DNA of 64,000 nt from Octopus sinensis (taxonomy: Eukaryota), in the NCBI RefSeq assembly GCF_006345805.1, contig NC_042997.1, positions 59,210,001 through 59,274,000 of the forward strand. The letters run 5' to 3'. This document shows, piece by piece, positions 1 through 13,600 of this stretch (position 1 is the first letter of the stretch; every line of letters starts with the position of its first letter). The notes under the pieces were generated by a model that did not search any database, was not told where the DNA came from, and was given only the letters and a program-made list of their open reading frames with translations. Made by a program: the position numbers and the translations under genes.

Positions 1-420
1 TGATCACCACTACAGTTACCAGAACGATTTGGTGTCTAATTCGATACAAATTTTCTTTACAAAGAAATCACTAAACTCCAAAAATTAACTCCGTGAATTA
101 AACTAACTGGTGATACTTTCAACATTAACAGTTACTAGCCTGCATGTCAAAAAAAAATTGAAACTATTAAATATACAATGAGTTCGAAGTATAAATTTTG
201 AACTGTCTTTGAAAAGCAGCTGGTAGCATATTTAGACTGGTAACCTACTGCCTCAAGAGTTGACATTTTGTGCCTTGTCGTCAGCAATGTTCTAATTCTT
301 GAGAATTTAATATATTCAGTTGGGATAAGGCATATTTTAGTGAGACACTTCAAGGCTACAAACAACGAATGCTTGTTTGTATTATAGGGATCAAATCTAC
401 AAAAAAAAAAAAAGAATATT

Positions 421-775
421 TTGTCATTGGGATACTTTTTACTCTTTTACTTGTTTCAGTCATTTGACTGGCCATGCTGGAGCACCACCTTTTAGTCGAG
501 CAAATCGACCCCGGGACTTATTCTTTGTAAGCCCAGTACATATTCTATCGGTCTCTTTTGCCGAACCGCTAAGTTACGGGGACGTAAACACACCAGCATC
601 GGTTGTCAAGCGATGTTGGGGGGACAAACACATACACATATATACGACGGGCTTCTTTCAGTTTCCGTCTACCAAATCCACTCACACTTGAAGACACTTG
701 CCCAAGGTGCCACGCAGTGGGACTGAACTCGGAACCATGTGGTTGGTAAGCAAGCTACTTACCACACAGCCACTC
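421..775 (-). mobile_element. tRNA-derived SINE family B; others at about 6213-6760(+), 9895-10190(+), 10990-11190(-), 15503-15660(+), 25330-25500(-), 60230-60535(-)
   Basis: Head gtggctgtgtggtaag..ttcc.agttcagtcccactg (A/B boxes); shared body ggatttggtagacggaaactgaaagaagcccg. Confidence 0.8.
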
Positions 776-1689
776 ATGTCTTTCCATGTAATGGAACAAT
801 CTTTCTGTTGGGCTCATTCATCTTTTGGCAGGTCTTATTTTATCCTACTTGGAGTTGCTAGTTTAGTAGCTGTCTAAACTGGCACCCGCATTATGTTATC
901 ATGGTGAGAAAGATTGCCAGATGTGGCTAAGTTAAGAACAGCATGTTTGGGGTAAGAGGAAGGACCATGTCGAATGTAGGGACAAAGGCTAGACTGCATC
1001 AGAAGTTAACCATCTCAGTGGGCAGCAACCACAAAAGGAAATGATAAGAGTAAATAAAACCCTTAACTCTTCCTCGAATACCATGGACTCTCTAGTGCTG
1101 GTAACAAAATGCACCCATTACAGCCTTTAAAATAGCTGGAGATAGAAAAAGTGTCAATGAAACCATGCCAAAAATGTAATGTGTGAGTGAAGCAAAGATT
1201 CCATGAACTATATAGTTGGCTACCCATCTAGAAGAGCAGTAATTCCAAATAGGAGCCAACTGATAATCTATCCAAACTATACCAAAACGGAAAAACAGAT
1301 GATACACATATAGATTCGGTCATATTATATATGTATGTAAGTGTGTGTATTTCTTTCTCTCTCATATATAAGCTTAATTATTCTCTCATGCACTCTGATC
1401 CATATCACTACCAAAAATATGCCTACTTCACTAATCCCAGCACTGTTACTCATCCAGAATTTGTACACGTGTTCCTTGGATATGGGGTGTTTGGCAGAAG
1501 ATCCCTTTGACCTTATCTCTTGCACACAACTCATCTATGTCCCTCTACTCTAACATCTCTACAACCTCTTCAGATCTAGCATTCATTGATGATAATTTGC
1601 ACCTGGTTAGGGATAGGAGAGTATACATACACATACACACATATGAGCTGTGGCCATGCTAGGGCACCACCATATGGTGTTGCTACATA

Positions 1690-3330
1690 ATTTTACTTCA
1701 CAAATGCTTTTTAGGTATTGACTTTTGGTTCATGAGGAAGCTTGATGCCACTGCCCTCATCTGCACCTCCTGCTGTGAAGTTGGCCCATCTGGGACACTT
1801 GACAGTAAGAGGTCCAGCTTTGTTTTGAAGACACCTATGTCCACCCCATGCAGGTCTCTCAGGTCCTTTGGGAGGATATCGAAGAGCTGAGGTCCTCTGA
1901 AGCTAAGGTTCTTGCAGTAGCTTGTCTTATACCTTGATGGCAAATTTGGAGTCCTTGGCACTATGCAGTGGCACCCAGTTCTAGTATTTGTGTAACTCTT
2001 GAATCCAAAGTTTGGGACAAGTTCCTCCAGGATCTTCCAGGTATATATTATGGCATATCTTTCTCACCTACGCTCTAAGGAATACAGTCTTTCCCAGTAG
2101 CTTATATGCTGCATAGAGGCTATCTTCTTCGTGTTGCTTCGTTGGATTGCCACAAGTTCTGAGATTAACTTGACACTGGTTGGTGACCATAGCTGAAAGC
2201 AATAGTCAAAGTGGCTTAGGACAAGTGTCCTCCAGAGGACCATCATGGTTTCCTGATCTCTTGTTCTAAAAGTTCTAAGAATCCATCTGATCAGCCGCCT
2301 GTATTTCATTGCCAATTTTGCAACATGCACATGGAAGGATGCATCATTACTCATGTAAATGCCCAGGTCTCACACTGACTGTACCCCTGGGATTGCAATC
2401 CCTCCAGGTCCAGTGTATTTAATGGGTTTTGCATGCTGATAGCACAAGTCTTGAAACTTTTCAGCATTAAACTGCACGCTATTCTTTTCAGCCCACTTGT
2501 ATATTTCATCCAGCTCACATTGTCTTCAGAGTTCTGTATTACCTGTGAGACTTTTATATAATCTGCATAACTTGTGATCGTGGCTCTCTGTGAGGCTGAG
2601 AGCATGTCTGAGATGGCCATTATGAACAGTAGTGTTCCCAAAACAGTGCCTTGTGGAAAACCGTGTCATTGGAGGTGGCCCCACTGGCTACTACCACCTA
2701 ACTTCTAGAAAGTCATGAAGCCATTCTCCCATTTTTCCAGCTATGCAGAGATCACAGTTTGTGCCATTTCTCAGGCCATCTGAGATTGGGCAGATTGAAG
2801 TCTCCCATAAGAAGTACACTTAAGTGTTGTTCTAATGTAACTAGAACTTCTATTTTTGTAAGGCGGCCTTCAAACTTGCCTACATGATTTGGAGCACTGG
2901 GAGGGCAATATGTAGCACATATAACTACATCAAGTTGTCGTATATGTACAATTAGTGTGTCACATACTGAATTTGAGTGTATCAAAAGGACCTGGGGTGT
3001 GAGGTCTTTGCGGATGTACATAGCAACTCCACCATGAGTCCTTTCTTTCCTGTCAGATGTGTTTCCATAAGTGCTATGGATAAAGCTTGATTGTATGCAA
3101 CAAGGTCTCTCAGGAAAGGAATTTCTGTCCTGTTACTAAGTGTTAACAGTCCTCTAATGTTCAGTAAGAGCACAGATGTGATGTCTGTGTTGTTGCCAAT
3201 AGTGCCCACCTTGGGTCTATTTGCTGTGGTGGTCTTGTGTATTGGGGATAGTCCCATCTGTGAGATTGATGTAGCCTGGTCAGCTGCTGTACAATCTTTT
3301 GTGCCATGCACAAAAAAGATTGTTGTTCAG
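1690..3330 (-). mobile_element. CR1/L2-clade LINE remnant, internally deleted (APE endonuclease joined to the 3' half of RT)
   Basis: Endonuclease motifs LLNIRGL, ETHL, YCPP, MGDFNLP (ORFs 2752..3311); RT motifs LGTLLFI..ISD, SYAD, ILRTF...LWSP (ORFs 2064..2641); frameshifts. Confidence 0.85.
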
Positions 3331-4594
3331 CAGCTGCCCTTTCAACATGTTGATATATATTTCCACTGGCTTTGTCCAAACAATGAAAGAAACAAGTAGA
3401 GAAATGAGATAGGCAACATAAAGAACATTCCCTTCATCAGTTGTCCCGTTTTATCTACTCTGTGTTTCGAAGGTAGGGACAAGATGCAACTTCGTTAAGA
3501 CAGTCCTTCTTGCAAAGCAAATTAAATAAAATTTGGGACTTTTTGCAGAGGGTTATTGTAGCAACAAAAACAGGACAGTAAGAACAAAACATGCTTCACC
3601 ATCCCATATCTTACTGGGTCTACCTCTTCTACAGGTTCTTTCTACAGTTAGGGAGAGGCACTTCCTCACACAGCTGTCTTCATTCATACATAACACAGCC
3701 ATACCAGCATAGTTGCCTCTCTTGCACACCACATTTGATGCTTCTTATGCCCAAATTTTCTCTCAGGGTGCTTACACTCTGTCATGTATACACACTGACA
3801 TTACACATCCAGCAGATCATACTAGCTTCATTTCTTTCAAGCCTATGCATGTCTTCAGCCTTCATGGCCCATGTTTCACTGCCATGTAGCATGGCAGTTC
3901 ACACACATGCATCATACAGGCTACCTTTCATCCTGAGCGAGAGGCCTTTAGTTGCCAGAAGAGGTAGGAGCTCCCTGAACTTTGCCCAGGCTATATATAT
4001 ATATATATATGGGAACGACCGGTTGATCTTCTGATTTGGTCCTATCTAACTATCATCTGTTCTCCAACATAGAAAAACACTTGGCTGAGAACCAGTGTCA
4101 TAGTGATGATGACATGATATCTGCTGATGATGACTTTTTTGACCAACAGGATGAAAGCTTCTTCAGCAATGTGATCCAACCACTGCAACACTGATAGAAG
4201 TGTATGAATCGCAAGTGGGGTTAAGTTGAAAAATAAACCTCATTTGGGCACATTCCATGAGAGTATCTTGGTCAACGGACCCTTATAAACCCTTCAAGGC
4301 AGTACCCCAGCATGGTCACAGTCTAATGACTGAAACAAGTGAAAGACAGAAGATAAAGAGTTACAACTAGATGAGATTAAACTATATTCTGTAATACATT
4401 TAGTCTGGCACTGTTTAAGCTATTGTCAATATCATAGAATCTCTAAATAGAAAAATTTTATCTTCTTAAGTTGCATTAACTTTACTGAAGCTTCTGCCAT
4501 TGGAAACAAACAATACGTTCAATGAAGCTGATGTCATTTTAAAAGATCATATACAAGATGCACGAAAAGAATTGAATTCAGAGGCATAAAAAGA

Positions 4595-4600
4595 TTTATT
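4595..4600 (-). terminator. Candidate PRPF4 polyadenylation signal AATAAA
   Basis: AATAAA on the minus strand about 350 nt after the stop; a nearer one lies at about 4682-4687. Confidence 0.4.
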
Positions 4601-4953
4601 TTGACAAGCATTTATATATAATTTTTTATAGAAATTTTTATATACTCTTTTAAATGATGATGATTCAATGGGCTTCACATTTTTATTTTATCTGTTTTCA
4701 TTTTGTTGTTAGAAGTGTATGAACAGTTCTGGGTATGGAGAAGATAATCAGTGATCAAGGCATTTGGACTGTCATAGTCAATGAGACAATACTAGACTGT
4801 CAGAAATGATAATATTTGAGTAAAACACAAGGACTATCATTTTTTTTCTAAGAAATAGAACTGATGGTAATTGATATTAATAGTCATTCACAATAGAATG
4901 GCTCTCATAGAATATTATATTATCTGACATTCAGTCAAAGACCAGGTAATTTA

Positions 4954-5112
4954 TCAAAGACTCCCAAGCATTTCAGAGGCCCACAACTTAAATGTCCGAT
5001 CATAGGAAGAGGAAGCCATATATTTGAGATCTGGCGAGATGTCAAATCCCATGATTTTGCCTTCATGACCAGCAAGTGTTTTCATAGGTGACCATGTAGG
5101 GTGGGTCCATAT
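4954..5112 (-). CDS. PRPF4: PRPF4 terminal coding exon ([22 protein letters not shown]...[17 protein letters not shown])
   Basis: Acceptor tttttAG; TGA at 4956-4954. Confidence 0.96.
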   Translation of the reverse strand: MWTHPTWSPMKTLAGHEGKIMGFDISPDLKYMASSSYDRTFKLWASEMLGSL

Positions 5113-7942
5113 CTAAAAACATAAAAATGAAACAAAAACAGAAATTAATCATTCAGTATATTTACAGATATAATTAGGTACATTATAAATGATGATGGAT
5201 GACATTTGGACATTTCATATCATGTTGCGAAATGTTATTGATACTCAAAAGGTTAAGGATTTCTAAATGAAATACAAACAAAATATACTTCATTCTAGAA
5301 GACTGAACAACACCTTAGAACTAAGTAGGTTCTGGCTCTTTACAGGACACAAATATTAACCATAAAGGAATACAACTTCTATAATTTATATCTGAACATA
5401 CAGGATTATTTCTGGGACAAACTGGTCACTCACTAGAAAAAGCCACACACACACACACACACACACTCTCTCTCTCTCTCTAGCATCTAACCCTCTATTG
5501 AATTGGCACTTCTTTTATTGGTTCTAATTATAGTTCCACTCATTTTGCATAATACATTACCACTAGATGGATAATTTTCTATTGCAATGATATCTACTTT
5601 GAACTTATCTTCAATAAAGCCTAATATACTCACTCCACCTTTGTTCATAAATCTCATTTTCTCAAATCCAAGATCTCTCAACTTGGAACAATTCAAATTT
5701 AACATTAACATTCACAAGATCATCCAGACACTCCCAATAGGAGGGCTTAAAGTGACTGTGGACATTGTAATTTAAAAAATTAAAAATCATCTAGAGGTTT
5801 CTTTTGACTTTAGAAATTAAATAGGAAGATTCAACATTGAAAAGAAACTATTTTGTACCATAAGCTCAACCTCCATATATGCCATACCACATACAGCTTT
5901 TTGCAATGATAGTTCAGCAATATCAAAACTTCCTCTCTCACAAAGTTTTTTTTTTTCTCACTCAATATACCTCATCAAGATGTAACCTGTAGAATGAAAC
6001 CAAACTAAATAAGACTAAATCAAACAGTTCCACCATTCTGGTAAAGATATAAAATGAAACCACTGACCTTAGATGTATTGTCATATGAAGAAGTTACCAG
6101 GTAGTGACCATGGTCAGCTGTAAGTAAATATATAAAAGTCAATCACAAACAAAGGTCATGTAAAATATTTTTAAAACGTTAAGCAATTAAGATAAATATT
6201 ATTATTAGCAAAGGCGTGGCTGTGTGGCACCTTGGCCAAGTATCTTCTGCTATAGCCTTGGGTTGACTAAAGCCATGTGAATGGATCTGGTAGATGGAAA
6301 CTAAAAGATGTCCACTGTGTGTGTGTAACTATATGGGTCATTGTATTTGCGTTTGTCTCCCACCACCACATGATAACCAGTGTTGACTTCTTTATGCCCC
6401 CATAACTTAGTGGTTCAGCAAAAAGAGTAAGTACCATGCTTAACCCTTTCGTTACTGTATTTATTTTGAGATGCTCTGTGTTTCTTTCAATTACTTTAAA
6501 TATAACAAAGAATTTAGTAAAATAACTTAGTTATCATTAAGTTAGTGTTAGGAACATAAATTGTGACTAAAGTTTGGTGGAAGATTTTAATTCAAAACTT
6601 ATGAAAACAAGACATTTATACTCAGAACCAAAGCCGGTTTCAGCTGGGTTGGTATCGAAAGGGTTAAACAAAAGATAAATACTGAGACTGATTTGTTCAA
6701 CTGATCCCTTCAAAGTGGTGCTCCATCATGGCCACAGTCCATGAAGCAAGTAAAAGTCAAAAGATAATCACTGCTACCAACATGAATTTTAGTAGCACTG
6801 TCACCCCTGTCAATGTTAGATTGTCCAGGTTTCAAATCCCAGCATGTACACTGAGTCCTGATCCCAGTTATGATTCCAAACTAAAACCATTTCATTTATA
6901 ATGTTAATTTTTTTAAGGAAAGGTAAAGTGAAAAGGTGGCAGAAGCATTAGCATGCTGGGCAAAATGCTTAATGGTATTTCACCTGTCTTTATGTTACGA
7001 GTTCAAATTCTACCAAGGTTGACTTTTCCTTTGATCTTTTCGGGGTTGATAAAATAAGTACCAGTTGAACAATGGGGTAGATGCTATTTACTTACCTTCT
7101 CCTCCAAATCTGCTGGCCTTGTGCCAAAATTTGAAACTATTATTTTTAGGAAAGGTACAAATATCATAACTATTTATTATCCTTCAACTATAAATCTGGC
7201 GAGAAAAGCCAATGTTATATTAAAAAGAAACATAGTATAAAGTCAATACTAACACAGGTATTAATTATTTAAAGATGAAATGAAATGCATGATCTTTTAA
7301 ATTCTACTAAACAGGTCACAGAATACCCACATTTTCAACTATGAGCTTTCCACATCAAAGAGATTCTGTCTTTCTCAAAAAAGCATAACTCCAATATACG
7401 AGATGCATGTCAACATTATCATTGACATCCAAATAATAATAATAATAATCCTTTCTACTATAGACCTGAAATTTTGCAGGATAGGGTTGGGGTGCTGGTC
7501 AATTACATCAACCCCAGTTCTGGCAGAGTTAACCTTGGTGAAATTTGAAATCAGATCATAGAATTGGATGAAATGCTGCTAAACATTTTGTTTGGTATGC
7601 CAAAGATTCTGCCAGCTCATTGCCTAAATAATAATAATAATAATAATAAAAATGTCACCCTTTTCAAGTCTAACCAGGCTCATGAGCCCGATTTCCTGGT
7701 TTCTGTGGCCTATGTGTTTCCCCCAGCTGGACGGGACGCCAGTCCACCGCAGTGTTACTCAAGAAACAGGAAGAGAGAGTGAGAGAAAGTTGTAGCGAAA
7801 GAGTACAACAGGGGTCACTACCACCCCCTGCTGGAGCCTCGTGGAGCTTTTAAGTGTTTTTGCTCAATAAACACACACAACGCCCAGTCTGGGAATCGAA
7901 ACCGCGAGTCCGCTGCCCTAACCACTGGGCCATTGCGCCTCC

Positions 7943-7995
<53 letters not shown>

Positions 7996-8715
7996 CAAGT
8001 TCAAATTTTTCCACAAGGGCAGCAATTTTGGGGGAGGAGATGAGTTGATTACGTCGACCCCAGTGTTCAGCTAGTACTTATTTTACTGACCCTGAAAGGA
8101 TGAAAGGCAAAGTCAACCTCAGTAGAATTTGAACTCAGAACAAAAAGATGGATGAAATGCTGATAAGCATTTTGGCCAGCTTGTCACCCTAATAACAATA
8201 ACAATAATTATAATAATAATAATAATGGTTTCAAAAATTTGGCACAAAGCCAGCAATTGTAAGGGAGAAGGTATGTCAATTATATCAAAGCCAGTGCTCA
8301 AGTGGTACTTATTTTATCGACCCCAAAAGGATGAAAGGCAAAGTCAACCCTGGTAGAATTTGAACTCAGAGCATAAAGTCAGGAAAAATGTTGCTAAACA
8401 TTTTGTCTGGCATGGTAACAATTCTGCTGGCTCATTGCCTTATTAATAATAATAATAATAATAAGCCTTTCTACTATAGGCACAAGGCCTGAAAATTTTT
8501 GGGGGGGGGGGGAATAGTCAATTACATTGACCCGTGTTTCACTGGTACTTAATTTATTGATCCTGAAAGGATGAAAGGCAAAGTCAACCTCGGCAGAATT
8601 TGAACTCAGAACCTATAGACAAATGAAATACCACTAAGCATTTCACCTAGCCTGCTAACAATTCTGCCAGCTCACCACCTTAACAATAACAACGACGACG
8701 AGGATGATGATGATG

Positions 8716-8752
<37 letters not shown>

Positions 8753-10635
8753 TAATAATAATAATAATTAATAATAATAATAATAATAAAAATTAAAATA
8801 AATGATAATGATGATAACAGTAAGAGGCATAAAGAAACAACAGTGGAAATAGCTACACTAACTGCTTACTTACGTTGGAATTTCACATGTGAAACAAGGT
8901 TGGTGTGAGCAGGAATGGTGTAGACACATTTGTGTTGACGGATATCCCATAATCTAGCTGTGTTGTCTTCACTGCCAGTTGCAATGTGATACCTAGTGAT
9001 AAACATAATAGAACAGAAACAATGATAAACTCAGCATATAGCTTTATTTGTGTCTAATGACTTAATTCATGTACAAAACACATTTCCTTTTCTAAACTAC
9101 ATCTTTACAATACAGCCATACAATAAGTCGTTCCAATACATCAATACAGTGTCTTATAAAAAAGATATAGTACTCACCCATCACTGTTGAAATCAATATC
9201 TAACACAGATTTAAGATGTCCTTCAAGAAACATTACACATCGACCAGTCCGAAGATCCCAAACTCTTCCAAAGGCATCAAGTCCTCTGAGAATAAATAGA
9301 TGGAGAAACATATATATAGAAACAGAAATATATATATATACACACATACACACACAAATCATCATCATCATCATTGTTTAATGTCCACCTTCCATGCTGG
9401 CATGAGTGGGACAGTGTTATAGGAGCCAGCCAGGCAGAACCCTGCACCAGACTTCTTTGACTGTATTGGCAGGATTTTCACAGCTGGATGCCCTTCCTAA
9501 CACTAACCACTTTACAGTATGGACTGGATGCTTTTTAAGTCGCACCTTCAATGACAGGGTCACCAAGTACTTTGCAAGACAAAAACAAGTCTTTTCAGAG
9601 GAGAGTGGGCTGATCATTAGTAAATCATAAATCCAAAAGAGAAGCACACTCTAAGTTATAGAGCAATAGAGTATTTAGATAAAGATAATTATGACCAGCT
9701 TATGGGTTTACCTAGGGTTTTGTGTCCATAAAGTGCTTAGCTTTACAATGTTTTATCAGACCCTAATGGCTTGGTCAGACAAGACATTGTAAAGCTAAGC
9801 AGTTTATAGATACAAAACCCTGTGTAGCCCTATAAACTGGCCATAACTATCTTTATCTAAATTATATATATATATACATATATATATAATTAGGTGGAGA
9901 CATGGCTGAGTGGTAAGAAACTTGCTTCCCAACTACATGGTTCTGGGTTCAGTTCCACTGCATGACACCTTAGACAAGTGTCCTCTACTATAGCCTTGGG
10001 CCAACAAGAGCCTTATGAGTGGATTTGGCAGACGGAAACTGAAAGAAGTCCGCCGTGTATATATATATAAATATATTTATGCATGTCGGTATTTGTCCCC
10101 ACCACCATCACTTGACAACTGATGTTGTTGTGTTTATGTCTCCATAACTTAGCAGTTCAACAAAAGAGACCAAAAGAATGCATATTTGCATATTGACTGC
10201 TTAAAACTATAAAATACGTGTTGCTTGTTTTTTTTTGTCATTGAGGTGCTAAAAATAACATGCACCCCTACAATTTATTAACTTTTTTTTGTTTTTATGC
10301 ATAATTGTATGAAGTCCCATGTATAGAATACAAATTTGCAAAAATTGTCTGGAAATTCCAAAAAATATATATAACATTATGAGGGGTTTATATGGCATTC
10401 TTAAAGCCTTAAGCAGAGGTAAAGCACATGGACTGCACCCCTTTGGGTTTTTTGGAGGGTGCTTTTTCTACAGAATCTCATTTTTTTTACTGCAGAGATT
10501 CTGAACCTGCAAAAAAAAATCAGCATTTCAAAATTTTTATTTTCCCCTCAATGTCTTTCAGAAATCTTTTTGGCGAAATATGTAGAAAAATACAGACGCT
10601 ATGCCTGCATGAAGCCACTACAAATATTTTGTAGA

Positions 10636-10666
<31 letters not shown>

Positions 10667-13600
10667 AACTCACATACATAAATACATGTTTTTTTTTACT
10701 TTTCCTTATCATTTCACTAGCACCATCCTTTTTTAGGGAAGAGGTGTAGAGACAAAACTTTTTTCTCAGTCTACTTTGTTTTATCGACCCTGTCTGCATG
10801 GCAAAATACAAAAAGAAAAATACTGACAGAATGAAAAAATTAAATTGATCAGAGAGATTCTTCAGGTATTAGGGGCCCTGAAGCTTAAGCTGCATTAGTC
10901 TTATAGATCTGCCACTGGGTTGTGAGTATGATTCCAGCACTACCCTGAGTGTTATGCTCTTGAGGAAGACATTTTATTTCACACTGCTTTAGTTCATTCA
11001 GCTGTAGAAGCAAGCTGTGTCATTATTCATGACCAAAGGGGGTCTTTTTACATGATGGACTTCTTTCAGTTTTTGTCTACCAAATTCACTTACAAGACTT
11101 AGGCCAGTCTGAGGCTATAGTAGAAGACACTTGCCCACAGTGCCATGTGGTTGGGAAGCAAGTTTCTTACCACAGAACCACACCTGTGCCTTTTTTAAAA
11201 ATATGTATATTTTTTTAGAGGTGATCTTACTTCCAAGGTTGTAATGTCCACAAAGACATTAATATCAAATATTATATTTCCATCATCGCCATCATCATCA
11301 TCGTTTAACATCCGTTTCCATGCTAGCATGAGTTGGACAGCTTGACTGGGTCTGGGAGGCCAGGAGGCTGCACCAGGCAATGAGTGTAGTTAGGAAGGGC
11401 ATCCATGGTAATATATATACTAAAATAAGTTTATATAACATATTAAATTTCTATAATCATACATGTACAGAAAATCTTCCTACAGCGTGGTTAATGCCAG
11501 TGTCACCTGACTGGCTCCCATGCTGGTGGCACGTAAAAAGCACTATTCAAGTGTGGTCGATGCCAGTACTGCCTGACTGGCCCTCATGCTGGTGGCACGT
11601 AAAAAGCACCCACTACATTCTCGGAGTGGTTGGCATTAGGAAGGGCATCCAGCTGTAGAAACTTTGCCAAATCAGACTGGAGCCTGGTGCAGCCTTCTGG
11701 CTTGCTAGTTCTCAGTCAAACCGTCAAACCCATGCCAGCATGGAAAACAGATGTTAAACAATGATGATGACGATGTGATATTACATAATTTCATACAACA
11801 TCCTTCCATTTTGTCTGCTGAGACCATGAGGTGGTCCAAATTACAGGAAATTGAGAGAATGTAAGAATTTTCTGGCTTACTACATAAACAATAAACTTGA
11901 ACAACCCCTCTTCATTATATACATCTGTTAATAGATAAGAACTGCAACAGCAATAATAATAACATTTATTATGCTGCTCATGCAAAGATTATATTTATAG
12001 CATATCATTTATGATTTTAATTATTATACAAATAAATGATTTTCATCCTTACATAAGTCAAAGTTATTTTTATATTGTATTGTAATTCTACTATTGTAGA
12101 CTAGCTTGCACCAATTTCATCTAACTTAAAAACAATATTCATTTCTTTTATCCCTTGTCATTATACAAACATTTCCCCACCCAAATCACCCAAGTATTAA
12201 ACATTATGCAAAGTGCTTTCTGAATAAGCTTGCACAGAAGCTATTGTCATTCAAATATCTTACTAAACTTAAAAAGCAAAAGCAACAAGACTAACCTCAC
12301 ACAACCAACCTGCTTGTCAGGTGCAGTTTTCTTTTTCTTCTGTTTTCTTACAAATACTGCCCATCCTTATTGAAAACTCAACCCCTACCACCATCTAATT
12401 GTTCTTAACCCTTCCTTAGTCGGGTAACACTTTCAAATATCGTTTATATGATAGGATGTTACACCATTGCATTAGAAGAAAAATTCAAGTATCATTATTA
12501 TCTTGTAAAATATATTCATACTGTTCCTATACCGTATTTCTCAATTCACTGGTGACAAAAAGACTGCATTGAAGCAGGGTTTAATACAAAAATATAATAC
12601 TGATTAAAAAACTGTGCTGTTTATAACTCTGGTTTATTAAGTGGACATTCACAAGATTGCGCATATAATTTTTTTTATCAGTAAAATGATACAGAAGATA
12701 GAAAAAAATAAGAAATCAATCAACAACACAATTTGAAATAAAGAGTTACACTAATGTGATGATTGTGGTTGGAAGGTAATGAAGACACAACAGCTTCTGA
12801 TCTGGCAATAGTCTTCTAATTTCTATTCTGAGATGTTTTTGAGAAGTATTTTCTAGTTTTCTTTTTAGATCCCCCTCTATAAGCACCATACATACGAAGT
12901 GATGGTGCTGTAGCTTATTCTGTGAACATATAGAATAGTCAAAATGAAAAAACAAGAGGTCAATGACAGACGTTTCTTGAAGCATCATTTCTCCCTGCTA
13001 CCATATTGAACACATCAAACCACATCTCCCCTTTGTTTGAAAAGTGGTGATTTAAAGCTTCTTTTAGTTATGGTAGTAAAGTTCCTTCCCGAGTCATATA
13101 GACTCATAGGGCCGGTTTCCTGGTTTCCATGGTATATATATATATGTTCTCCAGTGGATGGGACACCAGTCTGTCATAGGATTACTCATTTTTGCCAGCT
13201 GAGTGGACTGGAATACACACACCTCCACTTTACATATCGTAATTTGGGATAATTTCACACCCCAACAGAGAAACAAACAAGTGTTCTCTTCACAACAGTA
13301 GAGACAAGACTGCACAATTCTTGCTGATACCATCTCTCACTGTTTCCAAAAAGCAGTCAAAAGGAAGAATCATCAACTTACCTTTTAAAAAAACTGTTGT
13401 GAATAAACAATCTGCCAGACAAATGGAAGATTAAAAAATTACTTACAATTCCAGGGATACTGTCTCACTCTGTACTTGTTAAAGCATACTCTTAAGGAAT
13501 CAATCACACTCAGGCCTTATTATGTCTTTATGCATTATAAACACCCAACTTATACTCACTACTAATCTAAAAGATCTCCTCTTATCTGATATACATCAGA

